A stretch of 64,000 nt of DNA from a virus (lineage: Duplodnaviria > Caudoviricetes), in IMG/VR virus record IMGVR_UViG_3300037067_008087, positions 1 to 64,000 of that record. One strand, written 5' to 3'. Shown piece after piece: positions 37,301-47,200 of the stretch. The position numbers and the translations under genes were made by a program. The notes under the pieces are model-generated. The model was given only the letters and a program-made list of their open reading frames with translations. It was not told the origin of the DNA and searched no databases. Within the stretch, counting starts at the first letter, position 1; each line of letters opens with the position of its first letter.

Positions 37301-38349
37301 GATAAATACAGTTCCCAATACCAAAGCCCCCATGAATTATAAACTACATTATTTTGATACAACACTTCGGCATCATGTATATCACAGTCAAAACCAGTCC
37401 CCGGATCAGTCGTAAAACCTTGTTTGCACTTGTAAGCAATGTTGTTATAGTAGTGCATTATTGGCCCATACGGGTAATTTAGATTTTGTTCTACAAAACC
37501 AGACGCTTTATTAAATGCCGCAATATTATTATATGCTTTTCTCGTTTCTAATGATTGTTTATATCCATGTGAATATTTAAAACCAACTCCGGCACCGTAT
37601 TCAAGTAGCCCATTACTAAAAGCCCAATTATTATATACATGAGATTGACAAGCCGGGCTAACTTCAAATCCATCATCTGAATTATTCCATGATCTACACC
37701 CGGAAACTATAAATAAATTAGTAGAATCAGGCTCTGCCGTCCCAGAACCAAAAGTAAATCCATCAGCCCTATTGCCGGGCTCGGGATCATTTTCACTTAT
37801 ATTATTATAGCTATCGCAGTTTGTAACATACAAAGTGTCGAAACCTATTATCCATGTCCCATACCCCTCAATATCATGTGATACCATCTGGTCAAACCAA
37901 ATAACCCCTACCTGATATAATGATATACCTGAAATCCATTGACCCAACACAATCTGTTCGCAATTCCGAACTGTTAATCCCCTGAATTTAATATAGGTAA
38001 CGTTTTTGACATCTAATGCAACCTTAGTTTCTTCTGAAGTATAATTACTACAATCTAATATTGGGGTTTCATTCGGATAATTAAAAAAACAGATAGGATC
38101 AGTGTACGTGCCGTTATTACCATGACTTGCCGAAGGGTTTAATATAGGTTCTGACGTAGGTTGCCAAATCCCATTACGGAAATATACAGTGTCCCCCGCT
38201 TCGGCTGTGTCAAATCCTTTCTGCCATGTTGCAAAAGGCTGTGCTATCGTTCCGGGATTACTATCACTTCCCCCTGAAGGAGCAACATAATAAGTGGCTG
38301 CATTTAACACACTATTACTAAACAATAGTATAATTATTATTTTTTTCAT
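34303..38349 (-). CDS. Signal-peptide-bearing multidomain protein: PL9-like beta-helix, Ig-like, FN3, C-terminal NodB-like polysaccharide deacetylase
   Basis: YYVAP..GSDSNPGT..QPFAT; LIDAGVDVG; TYYYRVRAVN; FSWD..TFFIN..EIGLHT..AYPGG; ATGA-coupled start MKKIII at 38349. Confidence 0.8.
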   Translation of the reverse strand: MKKIIIILLFSNSVLNAATYYVAPSGGSDSNPGTIAQPFATWQKGFDTAEAGDTVYFRNGIWQPTSEPILNPSASHGNNGTYTDPICFFNYPNETPILDCSNYTSEETKVALDVKNVTYIKFRGLTVRNCEQIVLGQWISGISLYQVGVIWFDQMVSHDIEGYGTWIIGFDTLYVTNCDSYNNISENDPEPGNRADGFTFGSGTAEPDSTNLFIVSGCRSWNNSDDGFEVSPACQSHVYNNWAFSNGLLEYGAGVGFKYSHGYKQSLETRKAYNNIAAFNKASGFVEQNLNYPYGPIMHYYNNIAYKCKQGFTTDPGTGFDCDIHDAEVLYQNNVVYNSWGLWYWELYLSACDGPPSYARGDHNTWLFTNGEIPYWEYNDTLSWAYSGLNDNFNILDSASMFAELTASRKADGSLPDITFLTLKEGSVLIDAGVDVGLPYNGLAPDLGYSEYGSADSTATNILTFTLSAQTGSATINSTAHTVSIEVEYGTSVTALQPTITVSEGATISPTSGTATDFTSLVVYTVTALDESTQEWTVTVTVAAAPETPTGGFMGSGGQFMKSEGKFMKGGNSFMVYMSAPVATAATSVTDTSFTANWTAVSGASSYRLDVSTASNFATFVTGYNNLTVSGTSQSVTGLTENTTYYYRVRAVNSAGVSASSNIITVAVNIYVFVADTFNFTTNEWIDATFYENNAALKNASARTSITGNLDYTITGVLTTDSISVVDGSDLPTIPVDGTLRIAEGDTVYGISIWREDVIWAIIPFCEPIIETNIPTTSYDVSGNSHHALCSGLAEANVATQNNYFYLAQYGYNDTKVKYQSDFSTSTSGWSAVWGTSGTGTLSFSNNNLTAEVTKQPTASATTRPYLQRNNTITSGIYTRLTIIGTALYAGYNAGGGLITVAPWDLVNRSHVANFTAGETTLYLYFNGSARSSFEINSVLVEEYYIIPGLLAGTNDVLGKPLRNVQDGSTWLRYACDIDFPFTLEKPKLSTLLLSGYCVADKNYFIENTTEGYFGEYTENQIFTATGDESLSEANSVREVLDTIFVGDPLKFTDFDNWRPHLYYNKMDSNYYDGGYNYRTTGYIKDLIIFKDDVYVSDSDHAQYNTDYVLIQNVDFPLVVFSWDHTTPTEIPLLDTVFVPHSVPQTFFINYGHYLTNTQIKSLIKNDNEIGLHTLSINGEYPPERIEFHETSANYTTEQLATYYEKAVNYYDTAIDYRIVSKAYPGGAADDVTFSAVLDYFNIGRSVSATLVTNNRLKIPINRWDLFYAQGFDIPNQTTIEGHIDAIITTKRTTLGIYGHPGTWDLEEYEYYTILENILDYIRTKQVAGDEIRVVTYKQLYDLVNQYK

Positions 38350-39113
38350 AGATACTTTTCTTCTAACCAATCATATATTGTAGATTGTGTAGTCCCGTCA
38401 TCAACAACACTTCTGATAATAACTGCTTTTACCTCTATATTTGAATTATACGAGCCACCGCCATTACTCCCAAGATAAAAACCAGCCATATCATTACTCC
38501 CAGCATTTCCCGTTACGGCGGTATTTTTATTAATCTGCAAAGAGGAGCTTTCGCCATTTAAAATTACACGAACAATGCCGTATGTATCTAAAGCTAAATC
38601 ACCATCATCTTGCAATACAGTCCCAGCATATAATCTTAAATATCCTGAATTATCAGTTGATCCTTGTTGTAAAGAACCGTATTCGCTGGCATTATTACCA
38701 TCAAACACAAAATCCCACCGAGACCAAGTAACTTGTTTAAAGACAATATAAATGGTTATTGGTTGATTTAAAGTATATACCCCACCAAGAAAAGCGCCTT
38801 CTCCATTAAACAATATTCCATTTGCGTTTAAAACAGGACGTTCAACCCAAACTACAGGTACAAGGTCTAAGTCGTTACCAGATTCAAAATAGTCTCTCCA
38901 TTCTTCAACATAAGTAGGATGGTCAACGGTCATGGTAAACGTACTTGATTCATCGTACAAATACATCGCTACCGTATTATTATCAAGTTCCTCTGGATAC
39001 TCCCCTCCTTCTTCCCCAGCACTCTGCACCCCCCTATAAAACGGATACCTCCCTATCTGCCCGTTAACTGAAACAAGCAGAAATAATAAGGGTATTATTA
39101 TTAACTTTTTCAT
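38346..39113 (-). CDS. Signal-peptide-bearing LamG/concanavalin-like fibre protein
   Basis: MKKLIIIPLLFLLVSVNG-Q; TIYIVFKQ, LQINKN, FYLG. Confidence 0.65.
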   Translation of the reverse strand: MKKLIIIPLLFLLVSVNGQIGRYPFYRGVQSAGEEGGEYPEELDNNTVAMYLYDESSTFTMTVDHPTYVEEWRDYFESGNDLDLVPVVWVERPVLNANGILFNGEGAFLGGVYTLNQPITIYIVFKQVTWSRWDFVFDGNNASEYGSLQQGSTDNSGYLRLYAGTVLQDDGDLALDTYGIVRVILNGESSSLQINKNTAVTGNAGSNDMAGFYLGSNGGGSYNSNIEVKAVIIRSVVDDGTTQSTIYDWLEEKYL

Positions 39114-39116
39114 GGC

Positions 39117-40403
39117 TTAGTAAGTTGACGTTTTGTAGCCTGAAAGTTGCAAGATTAACAATGACGGTTTATTCCCGGCACTTGTGGCACTTATCGTACA
39201 CCATACAAACACCCCCGGCGGGATAACTGCATTTGCAAATGAAGTATCTACATCTCCGGTAGTCGTGCTTGTTATTGTCAATGCTTCTGTGTTTAAGTTA
39301 GTCGCTGAACCTGATTTAAAGGTTGCGTGCCAGCTTACCTGTACCCCCACTGTTTCAGTCCCGCTACCTTCTGCCAATACCCCTCGTAAAGACGTTACGT
39401 GTATCGTATCGCTTCCCGCATTGAAGAATGAACCCGCTATTGCATTATCATTAAAAGCTGCTGTGTCTGCCGCCAAGCCACCTCCCAGACCGAAAGTGAA
39501 TATCGGTATTGTGTCGGCTAACATAACAACATCCTCCGTTGCTGGCTTTCCTGCAAGTCCGGTTGTAAAATCATAGCCCGTCACATAACTCCCTGCTGCT
39601 GTGCCGGAACTGTCTGCTAAAGCCACACCGTCAACGGCATTGTTAAGTAAAGCTGCATTAGAATCGGCAATCATACCTGCTGCCTGTGCTATAACAAAAG
39701 CCGTAGATGCTGCTTGAGTTGTGTTCGTCCCTGTTACTGCTGTCGGAACAGTAGGAGTGCCTGTTAATGCCGGGCTTGAAGATAATACAGTCGAACCAGT
39801 ACCAGTTGACGTGGTTACTCCCGTTCCCCCATTTGCCACTGCTAAAGTTCCCCCCTGTGTTATAGTACCAGATGTCGTTATTGGCCCTCCCGAAGTCGTT
39901 AATCCTGTTGTACCTCCTGAGACGGCTACACTGGTAACAGAACCAGTCCCTCCCCCTATCTCAATGGCATTTATCCTTGCATCCAAAGAAAGAGTGTCAT
40001 CACCAGTAAGAAACCCAGTTAAAGCAGATAACTTAGCATAATTAAGCAGGCTATCTGCAATTTCACTCTGTACATCCCCAATAGTTATAAATTCACTTAT
40101 GGCAGAACTCTTTACATAGTTAAGTAAACTATCCGCTATCTCCCCCTGAGCATCACTAAGGGTTATTAAATCAATAATATCATCATGTGTAGCTATTTTT
40201 GTAAGGGTATCTCCCCATTCGACATAGCCAGTTAGGTCAAGTTCCCCAGCCACAATATCATTTGCTACACTATCTACATAGTGTATTGTTGCAATCTTGT
40301 TTATAGTGTCTACGGTTGCTGTGGCATCAATCTTTTTCGCTTGCCCAAATGCCGATAAGCTTGTTATTACTAAAAGCGATATGATTGCAATTTTTGTTTT
40401 CAT
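39117..40403 (-). CDS. Signal-peptide-bearing tail-fibre-like protein
   Basis: MKTKIAIISLLVITSLSAFG-Q; fibre motifs GTLAVANGGTG and SPALTGTPTVPT..TNTTQAASTAFV. Confidence 0.75.
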   Translation of the reverse strand: MKTKIAIISLLVITSLSAFGQAKKIDATATVDTINKIATIHYVDSVANDIVAGELDLTGYVEWGDTLTKIATHDDIIDLITLSDAQGEIADSLLNYVKSSAISEFITIGDVQSEIADSLLNYAKLSALTGFLTGDDTLSLDARINAIEIGGGTGSVTSVAVSGGTTGLTTSGGPITTSGTITQGGTLAVANGGTGVTTSTGTGSTVLSSSPALTGTPTVPTAVTGTNTTQAASTAFVIAQAAGMIADSNAALLNNAVDGVALADSSGTAAGSYVTGYDFTTGLAGKPATEDVVMLADTIPIFTFGLGGGLAADTAAFNDNAIAGSFFNAGSDTIHVTSLRGVLAEGSGTETVGVQVSWHATFKSGSATNLNTEALTITSTTTGDVDTSFANAVIPPGVFVWCTISATSAGNKPSLLILQLSGYKTSTY

Positions 40404-40419
40404 GTTTTTATGTGTTGTT

Positions 40420-40776
40420 TTAATTCTTCAACCATTGTATGAACATTATAATATATGGTATAATGGTTATGCCCAATCCTATTATCCATTTGGTGTCCCT
40501 ACTAGACTCTTTCTTTTTTGCATAAGCCCTTTCCTTTTCTGTCGTTGTAACTTCTATTTCTTTCTTGAAATCTGAAATGGATGATATCTTTTCTGACAGG
40601 GCGCTCATTGTATGGCATAGCTCTTCAGACCTATCTTCGTTTATCTTCAGCCGCACATTTAATTCAGTAACAGCAGAAATAACTCCCTTTTGGCCATTAC
40701 CCTCCAGCACTTTTTTATGCCTGTCGAGGGTTTCCTTCATTGCCCCTATTTCTTGTTCAAACTTGCAAACTTCCAT
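40420..40776 (-). CDS. Coiled-coil plus C-terminal TM protein (holin/XhlA-like)
   Basis: WIIGLGITIIPYIIMFIQWL at the C-terminus. Confidence 0.5.
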   Translation of the reverse strand: MEVCKFEQEIGAMKETLDRHKKVLEGNGQKGVISAVTELNVRLKINEDRSEELCHTMSALSEKISSISDFKKEIEVTTTEKERAYAKKKESSRDTKWIIGLGITIIPYIIMFIQWLKN

Positions 40777-41208
40777 TTACCACCATATTTCAAGGTTACC
40801 ATCTGTTACGCTATTCCACACTATTGTTATAGCTAGAATATCCCCTCGCCACTGTATGTCTGTTAACACTATCGCATTAGTGGTATATGCCACTGTAGCA
40901 TAGTTAGCGGTATATGTTAATGTTGCATCCGCAGTATTTAAAGTGTATGGATTCCCGGATACATCAATCTTATAATTAGCATGATGATCATCCCTGCCAT
41001 ACCCGATAGTGGCGACAGCATCATTAGCATTAAAACTAGTGAAGTCCATTATCACAAGGCTCACATCTTGCTTGCTACCCATGTTTATAAAAAATGTGGT
41101 AGTATCTTGTGAATAATAATCTGCGGCATCATAAGTCCTTCTTAGGCGTTGGGCACTGATATCTACCGCAAGTAGCGACAACAGTAGGAAAAATATTGTT
41201 TTTTTCAT
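40777..41208 (-). CDS. Signal-peptide-bearing beta-rich protein
   Basis: MKKTIFFLLLSLLAVDISA-Q. Confidence 0.65.
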   Translation of the reverse strand: MKKTIFFLLLSLLAVDISAQRLRRTYDAADYYSQDTTTFFINMGSKQDVSLVIMDFTSFNANDAVATIGYGRDDHHANYKIDVSGNPYTLNTADATLTYTANYATVAYTTNAIVLTDIQWRGDILAITIVWNSVTDGNLEIWW

Positions 41209-41224
41209 TGAAATAAAATTTTAA

Positions 41225-41232
41225 CAAAGTTA
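41225..41232 (-). promoter_or_regulatory. -7 element TAACTTTG; equivalent elements at 34234, 51529, 58078, 59225 and 62199
   Basis: Plus-strand CAAAnnTA sits just upstream of six late minus-strand gene starts. Confidence 0.7.
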
Positions 41233-41251
41233 CTAAAATCACATATATACC

Positions 41252-44200
41252 TTATTCTACACGATCCCCTAGGATGATCTGCCCCTTATCATTAAGCTTT
41301 ACTTTTCTATTGGAAAATATAGCCTCTCTGATATCCGCGTCAAACCTTGCGTTTTTAAGCGCCGCGCTCACATCCGCTGGCTTATTGCCCAGCCTTATTG
41401 CCTCATAATAATCTTCACGTATTGAATTTATGACATTATTCAAAGACTCTTCTGCCTCGAATTTTGCGTTAGCTAACTGATCCTTTTCCATGTTATTGGG
41501 GGCTATATATCTATTATACCCCCTTAATACTTCAGAATAAATATCACGGGCACTCTCTATTCTTTTTTTATAATTCGGGAATATATAACTCTGCATCGAC
41601 CTCACTGGGTCAATTTTACGGGACTGGGCTCCCTTACCCATAGCCAATAGTGCGTGGCCCCAATCACCCCCTTCTTTTCTTGTTTCATTAACTTTCATAA
41701 GGTCAGTGATTGTGGCAGGGAGATACAGATTTTCAGCTAAATACCAAGTTATATCCTTAAATTTATTAGACCAAGTATCTTCTTCGTTATAAATAGCGTA
41801 GCCATTATCATTACTATTCTTAATTAAATCAACATAAGCCTTAAATGTCATCTCATATCCCACAAACTTCCCAACAAATTCTTTAGCGGCATTTATCAGG
41901 TCTTCTGTCTGAAGAGTGCCAAGGGCAGCTTTTCGGCCTACCATTAATAGCGGTGTGGTTATAGAGCCATAATAATCCATGTAAGAATTATTTACATAGG
42001 TAGCGGTTCCATTTCCATGATCCTCGGTGATTGTTATTATATCATTCTTCCAGTAATCAGGGAGATATCGTTTCCACCCCTCTACATCTTCCGCGCTTTG
42101 CCCGTTTTTTCTATTCCTGTATGCAGATACAGCACTCAATGCAACAATAGACGCTAAATGACCAGACAGCCTCTGCATGCCTATATTTCTAGTATATGGG
42201 TCTTTTATTTCTTTCCACCCTAATTCTGTCCCCTTAAGAAAATTAACCATTGTAGAATATGGGAACGATATAAACGTTTGGCTCCATGGTGTTTTCCTTG
42301 CTAACTGTATAATTCTTGGCAGTTCTGAATAATAAGTAGATGTATCATGTAGAATATCAGACGCTTTTGTTTTTGCCATTTCTATAGCATCCACATCATT
42401 CATCCCCATCTTCTTATATACATCCCCGTATCTTAGATATTCAGACACATATCTATAAACTTTCCATACATCATCGGCCCAAGCGTAGGTTTTTAATGCT
42501 GGCATTACTGTTTTCCTTTTAATTTTTTCACCCAAGGTTTCATCACCAACACGGAAGATGCTGTTTTTACTGGACATATCTTCAATGTTGCGCATTATAT
42601 CGCCTACATTAGTGCTATCACCAATAATACCTCGACTTATCAACTCCCTTGTAAACCCATTTCTATCTTTAAGTTGGTTAGCTATCTCTTTCGCCGTTGA
42701 TATTGTATTAAAGTTCCCATTAGCTACCACATTCATTAGGTTAGATTTAAAATTCCTAACAGTTCCTTTCACCGATAAGGCTGTTTTAGAAATCTTTGCG
42801 GCAGACATAGACCCCAGCCATAACTTCATGGCAAGGCTAGACTCACTCTTGGGCTGCAATAAATCATTGAAGTTTTTGGCTATTTCTGGGGTTGTATAAT
42901 ATTCTGATAAAGCCTTCGTCCCGGGTTTGCCAGAAAACTGGTAATTAAGTTTAATTTGTGCAATATGATTTTTACTAGCACTCTGGTGTTCGGATATTAA
43001 ACCTTGAGCTAATAAATCATCTTTTATCGCCTCATACATCTTACCCTTAGCAAGTAGTTCTGTCTGCCTGAATAGCGTTGTGGCTATATTATAGAATGGG
43101 TCTGTATTTTCACCAAGTAGTTCTCTAACTTCTGGATTATCGGTCAAAAACTCAGACCTTCTTTTTAATGACCTAACATCAGCGTCAAGCATGCGAGGGC
43201 CAGATCGTAAGACAAAATCAGCAATATCCCCAACCTCAACCATCTGTTTCATCATACCCGTTGCTATATCTGCATGCTCAGCTTGCTCTTTGATCCTTTT
43301 ATTATATACTTCTTCCGGTATACCAAAATTCCCCTTGTTGGCCTTCTCTGCTGAAACAACAAGGTCTATAAAGTCGCTGGCGGTAATTCTGCCATCATTT
43401 ACAGCGTCTAATAATCTACCGTCTTTATAGGCCTCTACAATAGCATCCTGCTTATTTTTCTTCATCCATTCTTCCTTTGGATTTTTAAGCAAATCTGATG
43501 ATTGATTAAATATACTCTTATAAGGATTATATTCCATAAATATCGGCAGGGCCGCATCCTTAACTGCCGCCGGAATATTCTCCCAAGTATATCTCCTATC
43601 TGTATGAACCTTATATGTTCTTGTCATATAGAAACCCTGTCTTGCGGTAATGGCTTCAGCAAGGGGGGTGTTTATCATCTGTAATTGAGCAATACGCCTT
43701 GAGTGGCTATCCATCAACGCTCTTGCCTGTAATAAGTCCTCTTTAAACGAATCAGATAATAATGTTTCAAACCTATCTATCATTTCCCCAATAACACGGG
43801 TATCTCCAATATCAGCAAATTGCTTCATTGCGCTATTTATCATTTTCTTATCCTGATCAGAAAGCCTACCCTCTAATTCTTTTGTCATGTTTTTAAGTAG
43901 GTTCACGGTATCGTATTTAACTGCCTCAATAGCGTTTTTTGTGCTCCTTATTATTCTAGCGGAGCTTTTAGGAATCCCCCCATATGATTTCCACCAATAT
44001 TTTAATCCTTCCGATATGTTTTTTTCTTTAAACTTTTCTTTACCAGTCCTAAATGCATTAAATGCATTATCCCAAAAACCAGCACCAGCGGGTTTAGACC
44101 TCTGCTTATCCTCTTCTTCTTTAAACCTATCTTTCATCCACTCCGCAGCCGTCTTATTTCTTCCCTCTGGAGTTTTCTGTGCTTCTTTCCATTGTCGGTA

Positions 44201-47200
44201 TTGTTCTCCACTCATACCCGGAGGTAAGGCAGTGCCTCCTTTGGGCGATGGAGGTATAACAGTTTTCTCTGCTGTCTTCTTCTCTACTGCCTCTACATCA
44301 ATACCAGTAGCCTTCCTTATAAGATAAGCCTTTGCAGCCTTTTCCCCTTCAGCTCCCTTACCAAACGGCTTACCTGCGCTTATTGTCTTAGGGTCGCTTG
44401 GATTGACCGCATACCAAGTACCGCGACTTTCAACAACCCTATAAGTTTTATCTCCGGCTTCAATATAATGTTCAACACCAACTACATCACCCTTAGCGTT
44501 CATACGTGGGCGTGTACTAAGTTTAATATCCCTATCGACTACTTTTCTTTTCTCTTGAACATTTCCACTTGTCTCAGTCTTTTTTGAGCTTGTTGTTTTG
44601 TCAGGTTTGGTTTGCTTAAGTTTTTCCCCGACTCGCTTTTCACTTGGTATCCCTGTTTTGTTTTTGTTATCATTTACTTTAAGTTTAGTAAGGTCAGTAA
44701 TACCCCCTTGTTTTATTTTCTCTGTCGGCTTAATTTTATTCTTAGGGGCTTCAGTCTTCACCCCTTGTTTTATCTTGGGTTTTTCAGCCACGCCAAGATC
44801 GGTTAAATCAGTATAGGTTTGTTTAACCTTTTCTACTGGTTTAATTTTGTTCTTAGGTTTTTCTGTCCCCTTATTCTTTTCACGGCTAATATCAGTTAAA
44901 TCAGTATAGCCCTTGGCTTTTTTAATCGGCTCAGCTTTAGGTGTTTTTAATTTAGCCGATACAGTATGTGTTCGGGCTCCGCCATAATCCATGGCTTCAT
45001 ATTTCCATGAGTATTCAGGGTTGGTAGTCTGTAGTTTCCTGCGGGCTTGCTCTGCCGCACCGCGCCCTTCAAAATATTCATCTACTACATACTCACCAGC
45101 TTTATTCCCCTCGATTAATTCATACTGACGTTCCCCGTCACTAACCTTAGGATTTGTTGATGTTTCCTTTGGTTCTTCCTTAATTGGTTCAGCAGCCTGT
45201 TTGATCTTCTCTTTTGGCTTCTCGATTGCTTTAGGCTTTGGCTCCGCTTTCTTTTCAATAGGTTTAATTTTATTTTTAGGGGGTTCTTTTTTAGTAACCT
45301 CTTTCTTTTCTGGCATAACTGGCTTAGGTTTTTCTGCCACGGGCTCAGTTTTAGCCTTAACCTCAGCAACCCCATCTCTGACTAAGTCTCTTTTACTTAA
45401 TTCTAGAGAAGAAGATGTATCTTTATATTGAGCAATAACACCCTCATTTGACCTAACTACTAAATCTCCATTAGGATTTACCTCTTGCACAACACCACTA
45501 AAACCACGTTCTTTATCCTTTACTTTGTCACCAACAGCAAAATCAGCCCGTTCTGTTTTAGGGGTGGGCTCAGCTTTTGGGGGCTCAACCTTAGGGGTCT
45601 CTTCTTTAGGTTTAGCGGCCTCCACTTTGGGAGTTGCTTCTTTGGCAGCTTCCGCCTTAGGAGCCTTTGCTTCCCTTTTTATTGGTCGCGCTACTTTAGC
45701 TTCAGGTTGCACCTCTACTGCGGCACTGACTTCTTCTTTAACTGGCTCTGGTTTCGCTTTAAAATTAGCAGATGGTTTCATCCTATAAGAGCCATCTTCC
45801 ATTTTCTCGGCTTCTTCAGACCTAACCAAAGAATCCCACATATTACGAGCCTTAGAACTTATCTTGTCCGGGCGATCAGATTTTATCACATCCCCTTGCT
45901 GCCCAGCCTCTTCATTAAGTGATCTATATACCTGCTTACCAAAGCCCCTGCCCTCTTCATTTACATCTACCCTTTTAACTTCCCATCCTTCGGGTTTTTC
46001 TTCTATGGTTATTTCACCAAACTCTTCGCCGTCTTTTGTTATCTTACGAGTGAACGTATTCTCGCCCGCCTTAAGTATTTTCTTAATGGAGTTAGTTGAT
46101 GGGGTTTTCTCTGATACTCCTATAACGGGCTTAGCCGTGACATCACTTCTCTTTTTAAACATATCAGACTTGGCTTGTTCTTGCCATAAATTTTCAAGAT
46201 CGCTTATTTCTTTTTCTAAAAACTTTTGCGCTGTCTCTATTTCCTCAATGGTATTTTTTCGGGTCTGTGATAATTTAGAACTTTCAAGCCTCTTGTATTC
46301 TTCATATAAATTATCACTAGCCTTCCTTATTCTGTCATTAATAACAGGGAGTTCCCCGTCTATATCATTTATAGTCCTGCGTGTTTCTTCGTTTATAAAT
46401 AACTCGGGTTCCTGAAATTCTTTTCTATTGTCTAATATCCTAACATCTACATCATCTTGGATTTTCTTATTGTTCTCTATTATCTTATCTATCTTATCAA
46501 GCTGTGTTTTTTTAGTGGCGTCTGGAAGATCAGATTCCTGTATAGATTTTCTGTATAGGTCAGGATTAACTATAACGTCTTTAGATATAGCATTGATATC
46601 TATTATATTGTCTATTAAGGTTTTTGACGAAAGAAGTTCATTCTTCCTTTGTATGTTAGTTTCTTGGGCAGCTTGATCACCTAACTCTATTGATCTCTCT
46701 CTTAGTTTAGATGGCTCAATATCCATTGACTGCACTAAATCAATAGCCTTAGGAGATGCGCTCATGAAGTTTTTGGCGGCTTTATTATAGGCGTTTCTTA
46801 TAACCGCCCTCTTTACATCTGTCCCTATTAACCTAGGTACACCGGGTAAGCCAAGTCCGATACCAACACCAAGCGATTCCGCTGCTGTGCCCCAATCAAC
46901 TTCTCCATTTTGGGTATATTGATTATAAACATCATACCCCATAAACCCAATACCATTGGCAAGTGATGCCGCAGAACCAGATAAAACAGCTGATTTTGTT
47001 GCTTGCCCAACTAAATTGCCTAACATGCCAGAACCAACACCCAGTGAATGTAACACACTACCAGCAGTAAACCCTTCTACTGCACCAACTAAACCAGATT
47101 TTAATCTATCTTTAGTGTTGTCTCCGGTTTTAGTGCCGCGATATAAACCCTTCATCCCCTCAAGCGTGGCTAATTTGGGAATATTAACAGCCTTACCAAC

